A stretch of DNA of 61,420 nt from Comamonadaceae bacterium (GCA_947448325.1 CANFMK010000001.1:1-61420); one strand, 5' to 3'; positions 29,411 through 39,520 are shown, numbered from the stretch's first letter. Numbers and translations are program-made. Notes: a model not told the origin generated them from the letters alone.

Positions 29411-30165
29411 TGACTTCCAGTTTGATTTCATCGCGCAGCGCCCCGGCCAAAGCCACTGCGCAAAACGCCAAAGCCAGCCCGGACTTTGCTGCCAAATTGA
29501 TGGAGACAAAGGCCTTGCTGCAACGCGCAAGCGCAGAGTTCCAACCCGTGACGCAAGCTTCCAGCTTGGGTGCGGAAGACGTGGTGATCACCCACCTCAT
29601 CAACAGTTTGCAATTGGACATTCCGATTTTCATGCTGGAAACCGGCGCGCTGCACACCGAAACCCTGGCCCTGCTGGAGCGCACGCAAGCGCATTCGCGT
29701 GCCCCTGTCGTGGTTTATCGCCCGGTGCAAGAATCGGTGCTCTGGTTCATCCGCAATGAAGGCCAGGACGCGATGTACAAAAGCATGCAACTGCGCAAAG
29801 CCTGCTGCAACGTGCGCAAGATGGAGCCTTTGGCCCGTGCCTTGAAAGGCCAAAAAGCGTGGATCACCGGTCTGCGCCAAGAGCAATCCACCGCACGCGC
29901 CGAGGTGCCCCTGCTCGATGACAGTGAAGTGAGCACCAAACAACTGTACAAATTCAACCCGCTGGCGAAATGGACCTGGGGCGATGTGTGGCACTACATC
30001 GCTGAAAACCAGGTGGACTACAACCCGCTGCACGACCAGTTTTTCCCAAGCATCGGCTGCGCCCCCTGCACCCGCGCCATCAGCCTGGGCGAAGAGTTCC
30101 GCGCTGGACGCTGGTGGTGGGAAGACGAAGCGGCCAAAGAATGCGGCTTGCACGTGAAGAACTGA
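29410..30165 (+). CDS. cysH: Adenylylsulfate (APS)/PAPS reductase
   Basis: 'CCNVRK.EPL', 'TGLRQEQS', 'SIGCAPCT', 'ECGLH'; the CC plus CxxC pattern indicates the Fe-S APS-reductase type. Confidence 0.93.
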   Translation: MTSSLISSRSAPAKATAQNAKASPDFAAKLMETKALLQRASAEFQPVTQASSLGAEDVVITHLINSLQLDIPIFMLETGALHTETLALLERTQAHSRAPVVVYRPVQESVLWFIRNEGQDAMYKSMQLRKACCNVRKMEPLARALKGQKAWITGLRQEQSTARAEVPLLDDSEVSTKQLYKFNPLAKWTWGDVWHYIAENQVDYNPLHDQFFPSIGCAPCTRAISLGEEFRAGRWWWEDEAAKECGLHVKN

Positions 30166-30172
30166 GAAACGA

Positions 30173-31102
30173 ATGAACGCCATGACACAAACCGAGTTGC
30201 ACACCCTGAGCAACAGCCACCTGGACGCGCTGGAAGAGGAAACCATCTTCATCCTGCGCGAAGTGGCCGCCGCCTTTGAACGTCCCACCCTGCTGTTTTC
30301 GGGGGGCAAAGATTCGCTGGTGATGCTCAAATGTGCAGAGAAGGCCTTTGGTGCGGGCCGACTGCCCTACCCGCTCTTGATGATCGACACCGGCCACAAC
30401 TTCAAAGAAGTGACCGACTTTCGCGACTTGCGCGCCAAAGAGTTGGGCGCCGAGTTGATCGTGCGCAGTGTGGAAGACTCGATGAAGCGCGGTACGGTGC
30501 GCCTGGCCCATCCGGGCGAGAGCCGCAATGTGCACCAGTCGGTCACGCTGCTGGAAGCCATTGAAGAATTCCGCTTTGACGCGCTGATCGGCGGCGCGCG
30601 CCGTGACGAAGAAAAAGCCCGAGCTAAGGAGCGCATCTTCAGCCACCGCGACAGCTTTGGCCAATGGCAGCCCAAGGCGCAGCGCCCGGAGTTGTGGACA
30701 TTGTTCAACACCCGTTTGCAGCCCGGCGAGCACTTTCGGGTGTTCCCGATTTCAAACTGGACTGAACTGGACGTGTGGCAATACATCGCCCGGGAAAACA
30801 TCGCTCTGCCCTCGATCTATTACACCCACAAACGCGAGGTGGTGGACCGCCGCGGCCTCTTGGTGCCCGTGACCGAACTCACCCCCCCCAAGGACGGCGA
30901 AACGGTTGTGGTGCGCGACGTGCGTTTCCGCACCGTGGGCGACATCACCTGCACCTGCCCGGTGGAGAGCGATGCCGCCACGCCCGAACAGATCGTGATC
31001 GAAACACTGGCCGCCGATGTGAGCGAGCGCGGCGCCACCCGCATGGACGACAAAACCTCTGAGGCTTCGATGGAGAAGCGCAAAAAAGACGGCTACTTTT
31101 GA
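30173..31102 (+). CDS. cysD: Sulfate adenylyltransferase subunit 2
   Basis: 'FSGGKDS', 'GGARRDEEKARAKERIFS', 'SMEKRKKDGYF'. Confidence 0.96.
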   Translation: MNAMTQTELHTLSNSHLDALEEETIFILREVAAAFERPTLLFSGGKDSLVMLKCAEKAFGAGRLPYPLLMIDTGHNFKEVTDFRDLRAKELGAELIVRSVEDSMKRGTVRLAHPGESRNVHQSVTLLEAIEEFRFDALIGGARRDEEKARAKERIFSHRDSFGQWQPKAQRPELWTLFNTRLQPGEHFRVFPISNWTELDVWQYIARENIALPSIYYTHKREVVDRRGLLVPVTELTPPKDGETVVVRDVRFRTVGDITCTCPVESDAATPEQIVIETLAADVSERGATRMDDKTSEASMEKRKKDGYF

Positions 31103-31119
31103 GCCTGCAGGACACGCAC

Positions 31120-32400
31120 ATGCACAACGAAAAACACTTCTCTGCCCTCAAATTCATCACCTGCGGTTCGGTCGACGACGGCAAAAGCACATTGATTGGT
31201 CGCCTGCTGGTGGACACCAAGGCCGTGCTGCAAGACCACTTGGCCGGAGTACAGCGCTCGGGCGAGACCGATTTGGCTTTGCTGACCGACGGCTTGAGCG
31301 CCGAGCGCGAGCAAGGCATCACCATCGATGTGGCTTACCGCTACTTCAATACCGAGGCGCGCAAATTCATCATCGGTGACGCGCCCGGCCACGAACAGTA
31401 CACCCGCAACATGGTCACGGCCGCCTCCAGCGCAGACGCCGCGGTGGTGCTGGTCGACGCCATCAAACTCGACTGGGCCAACCCCGACCTGCAACTGCTG
31501 CCGCAAACCCGCCGACACTCGCTGCTGGTCAATATGCTGCGCGTGCCGTCCATCGTCTTCGCCATCAACAAACTCGATGCTGTTGAGGATGCCGCCGTCG
31601 CTTACAAGCACATCGCTGGCGCATTGAAAAAATTCGCTCAAGAGGCGGGCATCACCATCACCGCCATGGTGCCGGTTTCGGCGCTCAAGGGCTGGAACGT
31701 GGTGGACAGCGACAACAATGGTCAGAGCAACTGGTGCGGCTACGCCGGCCCGAGCCTGCTCAGCATCCTCGAAGACCTGCCCGTCACCCCAGCTGAAACC
31801 GACGTGGCCTTCAGCTTCCCGGTGCAGTGGGTCGAAAAATTCCATGACTCCGGCGTCACGACCCAAGGACGGCGTGTGTTCTGGGGCCGTGTGGCCAGTG
31901 GCAGCGTGGAGCCAGGCCAGACCGTCAAGGTGTTCCCCAGCGGTCAGACCGCGGTGGTTTCACAAGTGTTATCGGCCACCCGTCAAGCGCAAAACAAAGC
32001 CGCAGGCCACAGCGCCGGCATCGTCCTGGACCGTGAGGTGGATGTGTCGCGCGGTGACTGGTTGTTGGCCAGCGAAGGTGCGCCAGAAGCTCAACGCCAA
32101 CTGAGCACCACCATCGCCTGGATGGACGACGAACCCCTGGTCGCCGGCCGCCTGTATTGGGCGTTGCACGGTCACCGCTGGGTCAAAGCCAAAGTCCAAC
32201 GCGTCGTGCACCGCCTGAACGTGAACACCCTGGCGGAAGAAGAGGCTACCGAACTGCCCCCCAACGCCATCGGTCACGTGACTTTGGCCCTGCAAGAGCC
32301 CCTGGTGACTCTGCCTTTTGCGCAATCGCGCATTTTGGGCGCCCTGGTGCTGGTCGACACGGCCAGTCATAAAACCTCAGGCGCCGTGTTGGTGAACTGA
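31120..32400 (+). CDS. cysN: Sulfate adenylyltransferase subunit 1 (GTPase)
   Basis: 'CGSVDDGKSTLIGRLL', 'EREQGITIDVAYRYF', 'DAPGHEQYTRNM', NKLD. Confidence 0.95.
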   Translation: MHNEKHFSALKFITCGSVDDGKSTLIGRLLVDTKAVLQDHLAGVQRSGETDLALLTDGLSAEREQGITIDVAYRYFNTEARKFIIGDAPGHEQYTRNMVTAASSADAAVVLVDAIKLDWANPDLQLLPQTRRHSLLVNMLRVPSIVFAINKLDAVEDAAVAYKHIAGALKKFAQEAGITITAMVPVSALKGWNVVDSDNNGQSNWCGYAGPSLLSILEDLPVTPAETDVAFSFPVQWVEKFHDSGVTTQGRRVFWGRVASGSVEPGQTVKVFPSGQTAVVSQVLSATRQAQNKAAGHSAGIVLDREVDVSRGDWLLASEGAPEAQRQLSTTIAWMDDEPLVAGRLYWALHGHRWVKAKVQRVVHRLNVNTLAEEEATELPPNAIGHVTLALQEPLVTLPFAQSRILGALVLVDTASHKTSGAVLVN

Positions 32401-32464
32401 ACTCCCTTAAAATGCCCAACTTGGTACTGCAATGGCAGCGCCCAGCCTAATTCCCGAGTCCATC

Positions 32465-32794
32465 ATGACCCACGTTGTTTCCGAATCCTGTATCCAGTGC
32501 AAATACACCGACTGCGTCGATGTTTGCCCGGTCGACTGTTTCCGCGAAGGCCCGAACTTCTTGACCATCGACCCCGATGAATGCATCGACTGCGCGGTGT
32601 GCATTCCTGAATGCCCGGTGAACGCGATTTACGCGGAAGAAGACCTCCCCGCCGACCAGCAGCACATGACCCAGCTCAATGCCGAACTGGCTTTGTTGCC
32701 CACCTGGAAGAGCATCACCAAGCGCAAAACGCCCATGCCCGATGCCGACAACTGGAAAGACAAAACCGGCAAGCTGTCTGAATTGATTCGCTGA
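32465..32794 (+). CDS. fdxA: 7Fe ferredoxin
   Basis: 'MTHVVSESCIQCKYTDCVDVCPVDCF...ECIDCAVCIPECP'. Confidence 0.95.
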   Translation: MTHVVSESCIQCKYTDCVDVCPVDCFREGPNFLTIDPDECIDCAVCIPECPVNAIYAEEDLPADQQHMTQLNAELALLPTWKSITKRKTPMPDADNWKDKTGKLSELIR

Positions 32795-32799
32795 ACGGC

Positions 32800-33840
32800 A
32801 TGAACGCGCCGATCGAAACCGATGCCCTGGTGATCGGCGCAGGCCCCGTTGGCTTGTTCCAAGCGTTTCAGTTGGGCTTGCAAGGCATCTCTTGCCATGT
32901 GGTCGACGCCCTGCCTTATGTGGGCGGTCAGTGCATTGAGCTGTATGCCGACAAGCCGATCTATGACATCCCCGGCATCCCAGTCTGTACCGGCCGCGAG
33001 CTGATCGAGCGGCTCACCCAGCAACTCCAACCCTTCCCCCCCGCCTACCACCTGGGCCAACAGGTCAGCGAACTGCAGCGCTTGCCCGATGACCGCTTTG
33101 CCCTTCGCACCAGCCGAGGCACTGACTTTGTAGCCCGCTGCGTGTTCATTGCGGCCGGTGTGGGCGCCTTCGTACCCAAGCGCTTTGCGGTAGAGGGCAT
33201 CGCGGCTTTTGAAGCCCAACAAGTTTTCCATACCCTACCCGCGGATCTGAATCTGCAAGGCCAAAACCTGTTGGTCACCGGTGACAACGACTCCGCGCTG
33301 GAAATCGCCCTTCGAGCCGCGCAGCAGACGCCCCATCGCCCAGCCAGCGTCACCCTGATGCACCGGCGTGACCAATTCCAAGCCCGGCCTGAACTGGTGC
33401 AAGCCCTGCGCGATGCCTGCAGCGAGGGCCTGATGCGCTTTGTCGCCGCGCAACCCACGGGGTGCGTCAGCCACAACGAACGCCTGACAGGTTTGGAAGT
33501 CTTGACCGCCACCGGCGACACCGAAGTTTTAAGCGCCGATGTGATCGTGGCCAGCCTGGGCCTTTCACCCCGTTTGGGCCCGCTGGCCGACTGGGGTTTG
33601 GCCTTGGAGCGCAAACAACTGCCGGTGCAAACTGACACCTATTCCACGCACGAAAGTGGCATTTTTGCGGTGGGTGACATCAACACCTATCCCGGCAAGA
33701 AAAAGCTGATCTTGTGCGGCTTTCACGAGGCCACTCTGGCCGCTTTTGGCGCTGCGGCTTTGCTCCATCCCGAGCAAAAGACCTTGCTGCAATACACGAC
33801 AACGTCCACCTTGCTGCACCAGCGCTTGGGACTCTTGTAA
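32800..33840 (+). CDS. Thioredoxin-reductase-like ferredoxin--NAD(P) reductase
   Basis: 'IGAGPVGL', 'GGQCIELYADKPIYDIPG', 'GDINTYPGKKKLILCGFHEA'. Confidence 0.88.
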   Translation: MNAPIETDALVIGAGPVGLFQAFQLGLQGISCHVVDALPYVGGQCIELYADKPIYDIPGIPVCTGRELIERLTQQLQPFPPAYHLGQQVSELQRLPDDRFALRTSRGTDFVARCVFIAAGVGAFVPKRFAVEGIAAFEAQQVFHTLPADLNLQGQNLLVTGDNDSALEIALRAAQQTPHRPASVTLMHRRDQFQARPELVQALRDACSEGLMRFVAAQPTGCVSHNERLTGLEVLTATGDTEVLSADVIVASLGLSPRLGPLADWGLALERKQLPVQTDTYSTHESGIFAVGDINTYPGKKKLILCGFHEATLAAFGAAALLHPEQKTLLQYTTTSTLLHQRLGLL

Positions 33841-33872
33841 AATCCAGACGCGCTGCAGAAATTGCGGCGCAT

Positions 33873-33953
33873 TCGCTAGGGGTGCTGTCTTTCAAGACGG
33901 CTGAGAAAGTCCCTTTGAACCTGATTGAGGTAATCCTCGCGCAGGGAAGCTTG
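33873..33953 (+). ncRNA. TPP (thiamine pyrophosphate) riboswitch
   Basis: GGGGTGC...GCTGAGA..TCCCTTTGAACCTGAT.GAGGTAATCCTCGCGCAGGGAAGC matches THI-box conserved elements; lies in the 5' leader of the TonB receptor. Confidence 0.93.
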
Positions 33954-34033
33954 TCTGATACAGCACCGCCACAGCACCGTGGCGCTTTCGCTTTAGCAAC
34001 CAGCCGACCTGCCATAACGTTAAAGGAAACGTC

Positions 34034-36211
34034 ATGGCATATCACTCGTTAGATTTGGGTTCGCCCATTTTCAAATTCACCCGCATCCATGGGGCTGCAC
34101 TCTTGTGCATCGCCTCGCTGGGCAATGCACTGGCCCAAAACCCCACGCCTGAAATCACCATCACCAGCCCCTCACCTCAGCAGGTCAGCGGCTTTGGCGA
34201 TGTGCCGCTGTCCAAAGCACCATTCAGCGCCATCAGTATCGATAACGCCACCTTGCGCGATATTGGCGCCACGCGCATCTCAGACGCACTGCGCCTGGAC
34301 GCCAGCGTCACCGACAGCTACAACTCGCCCGCCTACTGGGACATGCTCAGTGTGCGCGGCTACACCCTGGACAACCGCTACAACTACCGCCGCGAAGGTC
34401 TGCCGATTTCGGCCGAAACCATGATCCCGATGGAGAACAAAGAGCGCATCGAGTTGCTCAAAGGCACCAGCGGCATCCAGGCTGGCACGAGCTCGCCAGG
34501 CGGCCTGGCCAATTACGTCGTCAAACGCGCACCCACCGGCAATGACGACACCATCCGCGCCGTCACGGCCAGTTATGGCAATGGCAAAAGCAGCAGCATC
34601 GCACTGGATTTGGGCGGCCGCTTTGGCGAAACCAAGGAGTTTGGCTACCGCTTCAACACCGCCTACGAAGACCTCAACCCCTACATCCGCAACACCCAAG
34701 GCCATCGCCATCTGGTCGCCCTGGCGATGGATTGGCGCGTGTCGGCTGACAGCAAGTTGGAAATTGAGTTTGAACAAAGTGAGCGGCAGCAGATGGGGGT
34801 GAATGGGTACAGTTTGCTGTCGAATCCGAACGACTCTTCGGGCAAGCCAAGCTTGCCAGCCACAGTGGATGGCACACGAAACATCACCCGTCAAAGTTGG
34901 TCTTTACCCGGGGTATTTGCCGGGACGACAGGCACCATACGTTTTAAGCAAAACCTGGGGGAAGGCTGGCTATGGACCACACAACTAGGCAGTCAACGGC
35001 TAAGATCAGATGACCGACTCTCTTATGCCTATGGCTGTGGAGGATTAAAGTGCGATCGCTTTTACTCGGATGGCGGATTCGACCTTTACGACTGGCAAAG
35101 CAACAACGAGCGACGCTCGACCGACGTCATTCAAACCAGTCTTAGTGGTAGCACCCTCATGAACGGCATGCGCCACAACCTTAACTTAACGGTCTCGCGA
35201 CAACGCCAGGTTCTTCTGTCACCGGAAATCCAGCCCTTCATTTACATGGGCACTGGAAATATCTATGACGCCACCGTGATTCCCGGCAGCGCAGACTTCA
35301 GCGACTTTGGCACAAACAGCCGTGAATACACCTCCGAATTTTCGTTCAGCGACCGCGTTGAACTGAACGGAAAAACAACTCTCTGGCTCGGCTTGCGCCA
35401 CAGTCAATTAAACCGCAGCAGCTTGAAAAATGACGGCACGCAAGCCGTCAGTGACCAGCGTGCATTCAACACGCCTTGGATTGCAAGTTCATATCAATGG
35501 ACAGCGCAAACGTCGGTATATGCCAGTTATGGCGAAGGTATCGAATCCGAAGTAGCACCCAACAAGCCCAAATACACCAATGCGGGCCAAGCTATGCCGA
35601 TTTTGCGCAGCAACCAATATGAGATTGGCATCAAAAACCTGTCCGGCAGTACGCGCTGGCAAGCGACGGTATTTGACATCACCCGCCCCCAATCGGGGGA
35701 CGATTGCGATGGAAGTGGCATGGTCTGTAAACGCGTGCCTGACGGACAAGCCCATCACCGCGGCCTCGAACTGTCCGGAGGTTTCTCGCATGGGCCTTGG
35801 GGCGGTGATATCAGTGCCACTTGGATTGAAGCCAAGCGCCAGAACGCGATCATTTCTCCAGACACGGTGAACGGACAAATAGCTTTGAATGTGCCCCGGT
35901 ATACACTTCGTGCCCTCGCCCAATACCGCTGGTCCGATATGCCCGGCCTGCGCACCAGCCTGCGCTTGAACCACGAGGGGGAGCGCCGTGTTTTGGAAAA
36001 CGGCAGCCTCAACCTGCCCGCCTGGACCACCCTCGATTTCGCAGCCCATTACGACACGCGCATGCAAGGCACACGCACCGAGTGGACTGTGGGGATCGAC
36101 AATCTGACGGACCAACATTACTGGCGCGAATCGCCCAAACAATTCGGGCACTACTACCTGTACCCGGGCGCACCGCGCACGGCCAGAATCAGCTTGCGCA
36201 CCAGCTTCTAA
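34034..36211 (+). CDS. TonB-dependent outer membrane receptor, TPP-regulated
   Basis: Signal peptide; plug 'ERIELLKGTSG..G..SPGGL.NYV.KR'; 'NLTD..YW'; C-terminal 'GAPRT.RISLRTSF'. Confidence 0.92.
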   Translation: MAYHSLDLGSPIFKFTRIHGAALLCIASLGNALAQNPTPEITITSPSPQQVSGFGDVPLSKAPFSAISIDNATLRDIGATRISDALRLDASVTDSYNSPAYWDMLSVRGYTLDNRYNYRREGLPISAETMIPMENKERIELLKGTSGIQAGTSSPGGLANYVVKRAPTGNDDTIRAVTASYGNGKSSSIALDLGGRFGETKEFGYRFNTAYEDLNPYIRNTQGHRHLVALAMDWRVSADSKLEIEFEQSERQQMGVNGYSLLSNPNDSSGKPSLPATVDGTRNITRQSWSLPGVFAGTTGTIRFKQNLGEGWLWTTQLGSQRLRSDDRLSYAYGCGGLKCDRFYSDGGFDLYDWQSNNERRSTDVIQTSLSGSTLMNGMRHNLNLTVSRQRQVLLSPEIQPFIYMGTGNIYDATVIPGSADFSDFGTNSREYTSEFSFSDRVELNGKTTLWLGLRHSQLNRSSLKNDGTQAVSDQRAFNTPWIASSYQWTAQTSVYASYGEGIESEVAPNKPKYTNAGQAMPILRSNQYEIGIKNLSGSTRWQATVFDITRPQSGDDCDGSGMVCKRVPDGQAHHRGLELSGGFSHGPWGGDISATWIEAKRQNAIISPDTVNGQIALNVPRYTLRALAQYRWSDMPGLRTSLRLNHEGERRVLENGSLNLPAWTTLDFAAHYDTRMQGTRTEWTVGIDNLTDQHYWRESPKQFGHYYLYPGAPRTARISLRTSF

Positions 36212-36289
36212 TCAACGTTGAAGGCTTCAGAAAAAATCTACGGTGCAGTCCAGAAACCTAAATTTTTGACGCTATAATTTAATGATTGT

Positions 36290-36365
36290 TCCTCAATAGC
36301 TCAGTCGGTAGAGCGCCGGACTGTTAATCCGTAGGTCCCTGGTTCGAGCCCAGGTTGAGGAGCCA
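36290..36365 (+). tRNA. tRNA-Asn (GTT)
   Basis: TCCTCAA acceptor stem, anticodon loop CTGTTAA, GTTCGAG T-loop, encoded CCA; TATAAT at 36273. Confidence 0.97.
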
Positions 36366-36373
36366 AAAAATTG

Positions 36374-36405
36374 AAAAGCCCTGGCAGAAATGCCAGGGCT
36401 TTTTT
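36374..36405 (+). terminator. Rho-independent terminator after tRNA-Asn
   Basis: AAAAGCCCTGGCA-GAAA-TGCCAGGGCTTTTTT. Confidence 0.92.
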
Positions 36406-36493
36406 ATTGCTCACATCACTGTACAAAGTTGGCTCTGAGTTTGAACAGTACTAAAGCAGTCCATTGATTCAAAAGTTAATTTGTCCCCACAAA

Positions 36494-36506
36494 TGTCCTA
36501 TTGACA
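36494..36506. promoter_or_regulatory. Probable GntR operator overlapping a TTGACA -35 hexamer
   Basis: TGTC-CTATT-GACA palindrome, 30 nt upstream of the GntR ATG. Confidence 0.5.
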
Positions 36507-36536
36507 GGTCATTAGGAGTGATCGACCATAGCAAAA

Positions 36537-37346
36537 ATGAACCCCAACTTGCCCTTGCCAAAGTACCACCAGATTTATCTGGTGCTGTGCGAGCAATTGC
36601 TAGAGGGTAAGTTCGATGGTGGGTTACCTGGGGAATTGGCCTTGATGAAGCAATTTTCTGTGGCCAGGGTGACCATTCGTCGTGCCTTACAACAGATGGC
36701 CGAAGAGTCCTTGATCAAGCGTGAGCCTGGACGCGGCACCAGGCCAATCAAGCGAGATACTGCTGCCAACTTCCATTCAGCGAATGGTTCATTCGGAATG
36801 GGCAGCCAACACGCGCGATTGACAGGCTTGCTCGAAAACTTAGTCACCATGGGCTTGCGCACTTCGGTGAAGGTGCTGTCGGTGCAAACTTTACTGGCCC
36901 CCAAAGACATCCAAAACAAGTTGCAAATTGGGGCTTCTGACAGGGTGCAAAAAGCAGAACGTGTTCGCAACACGCGTGAAGGCCCTTTATCTCACATCAC
37001 CACTTGGGTGCCAGAAACTATTGCCCAAGGCTTTGGCAAACGCGAATTGGCACAAAAACCCATCTTGGTTTTGCTGGAAGAAGCCGGGGTCAGAGTGGGT
37101 CGCGCCGAACAAACTATTTCAGCGCGACTTGCAAATGCCGATATGGCACGTCATTTGGACGTACCTATAGGATCTGCTTTGTTGTCCGTTAGACGATTGA
37201 TTTACGACGATCTGGATAAACCCATTCAATGGTTGCAGGGGTTGTACCGCCCCGACCGTTACGAATACCAAATGCAGTTGTCACGTGTTGGCAGCATTGA
37301 CGCTCAAATTTGGGTGGATAAAGAGCTGTCCGCTAAATTTAATTGA
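36537..37346 (+). CDS. GntR-family regulator (HutC subfamily, UTRA domain)
   Basis: 'LPGE.AL..QFSVAR.TIRRAL..M...LI.REPGRGT' wHTH; UTRA-type 'AEQTISA' and 'YRPDRY'. Confidence 0.9.
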   Translation: MNPNLPLPKYHQIYLVLCEQLLEGKFDGGLPGELALMKQFSVARVTIRRALQQMAEESLIKREPGRGTRPIKRDTAANFHSANGSFGMGSQHARLTGLLENLVTMGLRTSVKVLSVQTLLAPKDIQNKLQIGASDRVQKAERVRNTREGPLSHITTWVPETIAQGFGKRELAQKPILVLLEEAGVRVGRAEQTISARLANADMARHLDVPIGSALLSVRRLIYDDLDKPIQWLQGLYRPDRYEYQMQLSRVGSIDAQIWVDKELSAKFN

Positions 37347-37377
37347 TTTTTTCATTGACCCTCCAAAGGAGCTTCCC

Positions 37378-38580
37378 ATGACCACACGTCGTTACTTTAT
37401 GAGCCAGACTGCTGCTGCTGCCTCTGTCTTGTCCTTCCCTTTGATTGCCGGTGCGCAACCAAAGACTGTGAAAGTGGGGGTGCTGCATCCTGTCACGGGT
37501 GCGTTGGCTTACTCGGGCCAACAATGCCGATTGGGTGCCTTGATGGCTATTGAAGACATCAACAAAGCAGGTGGTATCAAGTCCTTAGGCGGCGCCCAAA
37601 TTGAAGCAATGCTGGGTGATGCTCAATCCAGCCCACAAGCTGGCGCGGCCGAAATTGAAAAGATGAACGAAGCAGGGGTAAGTGCCGTCGTCGGCGCTTT
37701 TGCTTCAGCCATTTGTTTGGCCACCACACAAGCTGCTGCCAAGTACAACCTGCCCCACGTGGTTGACGTTGGTGTGGCCGATCAAATCGTAGAACGCGGT
37801 TTGAAAAACACCTTCCGTTTTGGCCCAGGTTACAAAAAATGCGCCGAAGTGGCTGTGGCCAATTTGCACGTACTGAATACCGCAGCTGGAAAGCCTGCAA
37901 GGTCTGTGATGATCATTCACGAAGAATCTTTGTTTGGAACAGGCACCGCCAACTTATTGGCCAAGGAGTTGCCGGGTTACGGTTATGACGTGAAAGAAGT
38001 GATCAAACATGCCAACCCCACACGCGATTTCAACAACATTGCGTTGCGCATCAAACAGGTTAACCCTGACATTGTGATACCTGCCAACTACTACAACGAG
38101 TACGCTCTCTTGGTTCGCACCATGCAGCAGCAAAAAATCACGCCCAAGGCCATCTACTCAGTTTTAGGCGGTGCAGCTTCCAGTTATAAATTTGTCAAAG
38201 AATTTCCAGACGCAGCCAACGGCATTATCGATTGCAACCATTGGTTCAACCCTCGCGACAAGCGTTCCTTGGAATTGAAAAAACGTGTGGAAGCTCAAGG
38301 CCAGTACTTCAGCTACGAAGTCTTTATGACTTACACCGCCATGAATTTGCTAGCCGACGCTATCGAACGCGCTAAGTCCACCGACCGAGCGGCAATCATT
38401 GACGCTTTGAACAAGAGTACTTTTGCCAATCACATCATGCCCTACGGTGCAACACAATTTGTGAATGGTCAAAACATGGGCGCTCAGCCTTTGATGACAC
38501 AAGTGGTCAAAGGCGACATCAAAGTGATCGTACCCCGGGATTACCGTGAAGTGGAACCGATCTTCCCTTTGAAAGCCTAA
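37378..38580 (+). CDS. ABC transporter substrate-binding protein (LivJ/K-like), Tat signal
   Basis: 'MTTRRYFM' twin-arginine leader; 'VKVGVLHPVTGALA', 'DINKAGGI'. Confidence 0.9.
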   Translation: MTTRRYFMSQTAAAASVLSFPLIAGAQPKTVKVGVLHPVTGALAYSGQQCRLGALMAIEDINKAGGIKSLGGAQIEAMLGDAQSSPQAGAAEIEKMNEAGVSAVVGAFASAICLATTQAAAKYNLPHVVDVGVADQIVERGLKNTFRFGPGYKKCAEVAVANLHVLNTAAGKPARSVMIIHEESLFGTGTANLLAKELPGYGYDVKEVIKHANPTRDFNNIALRIKQVNPDIVIPANYYNEYALLVRTMQQQKITPKAIYSVLGGAASSYKFVKEFPDAANGIIDCNHWFNPRDKRSLELKKRVEAQGQYFSYEVFMTYTAMNLLADAIERAKSTDRAAIIDALNKSTFANHIMPYGATQFVNGQNMGAQPLMTQVVKGDIKVIVPRDYREVEPIFPLKA

Positions 38581-38622
38581 GCCTTTGGATTTCGCCTTGC
38601 AACGCACTTTGAATAGGTCACG

Positions 38623-39510
38623 ATGATTTTTGATGCCAGCATTTTGCTGTCCGCTTTGCTCAATGGATTAACCACCGGCGCAGTCTATGCATTGATCGCG
38701 CTGGGCTTGACCTTGATCTATGGTGTGTTGCACATCATCAACTTTGCACACGGCGCCTCGCTCATGATGGCGTTGTATGGCGTGTATGCACTCAAGGAGC
38801 GTTGGGGCGTGGATCCGTATGTTGCATTACCCATCATAGTCCCAGCCATGTTTGTGCTGGGCTATGGCATGCAGCGTTTGATCATTAACCGAGCCAGTCA
38901 CGGCAAAGATGAAAACATTTTGCTCGTCACTTTGGGTTTGTCCATCGTGATGGAAAATCTGGCCTTGTTGTTCTTCAAATCGGATACGCGCACCATCGAC
39001 ACTGCTTACACCTTGAGCACGGTGACCATCGGACCCGAGGTCGCACAGGTGATGGTGTCTGTGCCCAAGTTGATAGCCTTTGCCGGTGCCTTGGTGGTGT
39101 CCGCTTTATTGATTGTGATTTTGCAAAGCACCGACTTAGGTCGCTCCATTCGTGCGGTGGCCAAAGAAAAACAAGGTGCGCGTTTGATGGGTATCGATGT
39201 GGAGCATGTTTATGCCATGTGCTTTGGTTTAGGCTTGGCTTGTTTGGGCGCAGCAGCCTGCTTCTTGTTGCCCGCGTATTACGTTAACCCGCAAGTGGGA
39301 AATGGCTTTGTGCTGGTGGCCTTCACCGTGGTGGTCTTGGGCGGGATGGGCAGTTTTTCCGGCGCCTTGTTGGGTGGTTTAGTGATAGGTGTGGTGGAGT
39401 CCTTTGGCGGATTGTTCTTAGGTGAGTCATTAGGCCAGGTCGGTATCTTTGTTATCTTCATTGCCGTATTGCTGTTGCGACCTCAAGGTTTTTTCGGGGC
39501 TAAGGCATGA
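38623..39510 (+). CDS. ABC permease (LivH-like)
   Basis: 'YALIALGLTLIYGVLHIINFAHG', 'VVLGGMGSF'. Confidence 0.92.
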   Translation: MIFDASILLSALLNGLTTGAVYALIALGLTLIYGVLHIINFAHGASLMMALYGVYALKERWGVDPYVALPIIVPAMFVLGYGMQRLIINRASHGKDENILLVTLGLSIVMENLALLFFKSDTRTIDTAYTLSTVTIGPEVAQVMVSVPKLIAFAGALVVSALLIVILQSTDLGRSIRAVAKEKQGARLMGIDVEHVYAMCFGLGLACLGAAACFLLPAYYVNPQVGNGFVLVAFTVVVLGGMGSFSGALLGGLVIGVVESFGGLFLGESLGQVGIFVIFIAVLLLRPQGFFGAKA

Positions 39511-39520
39511 GGTTGGCAGC

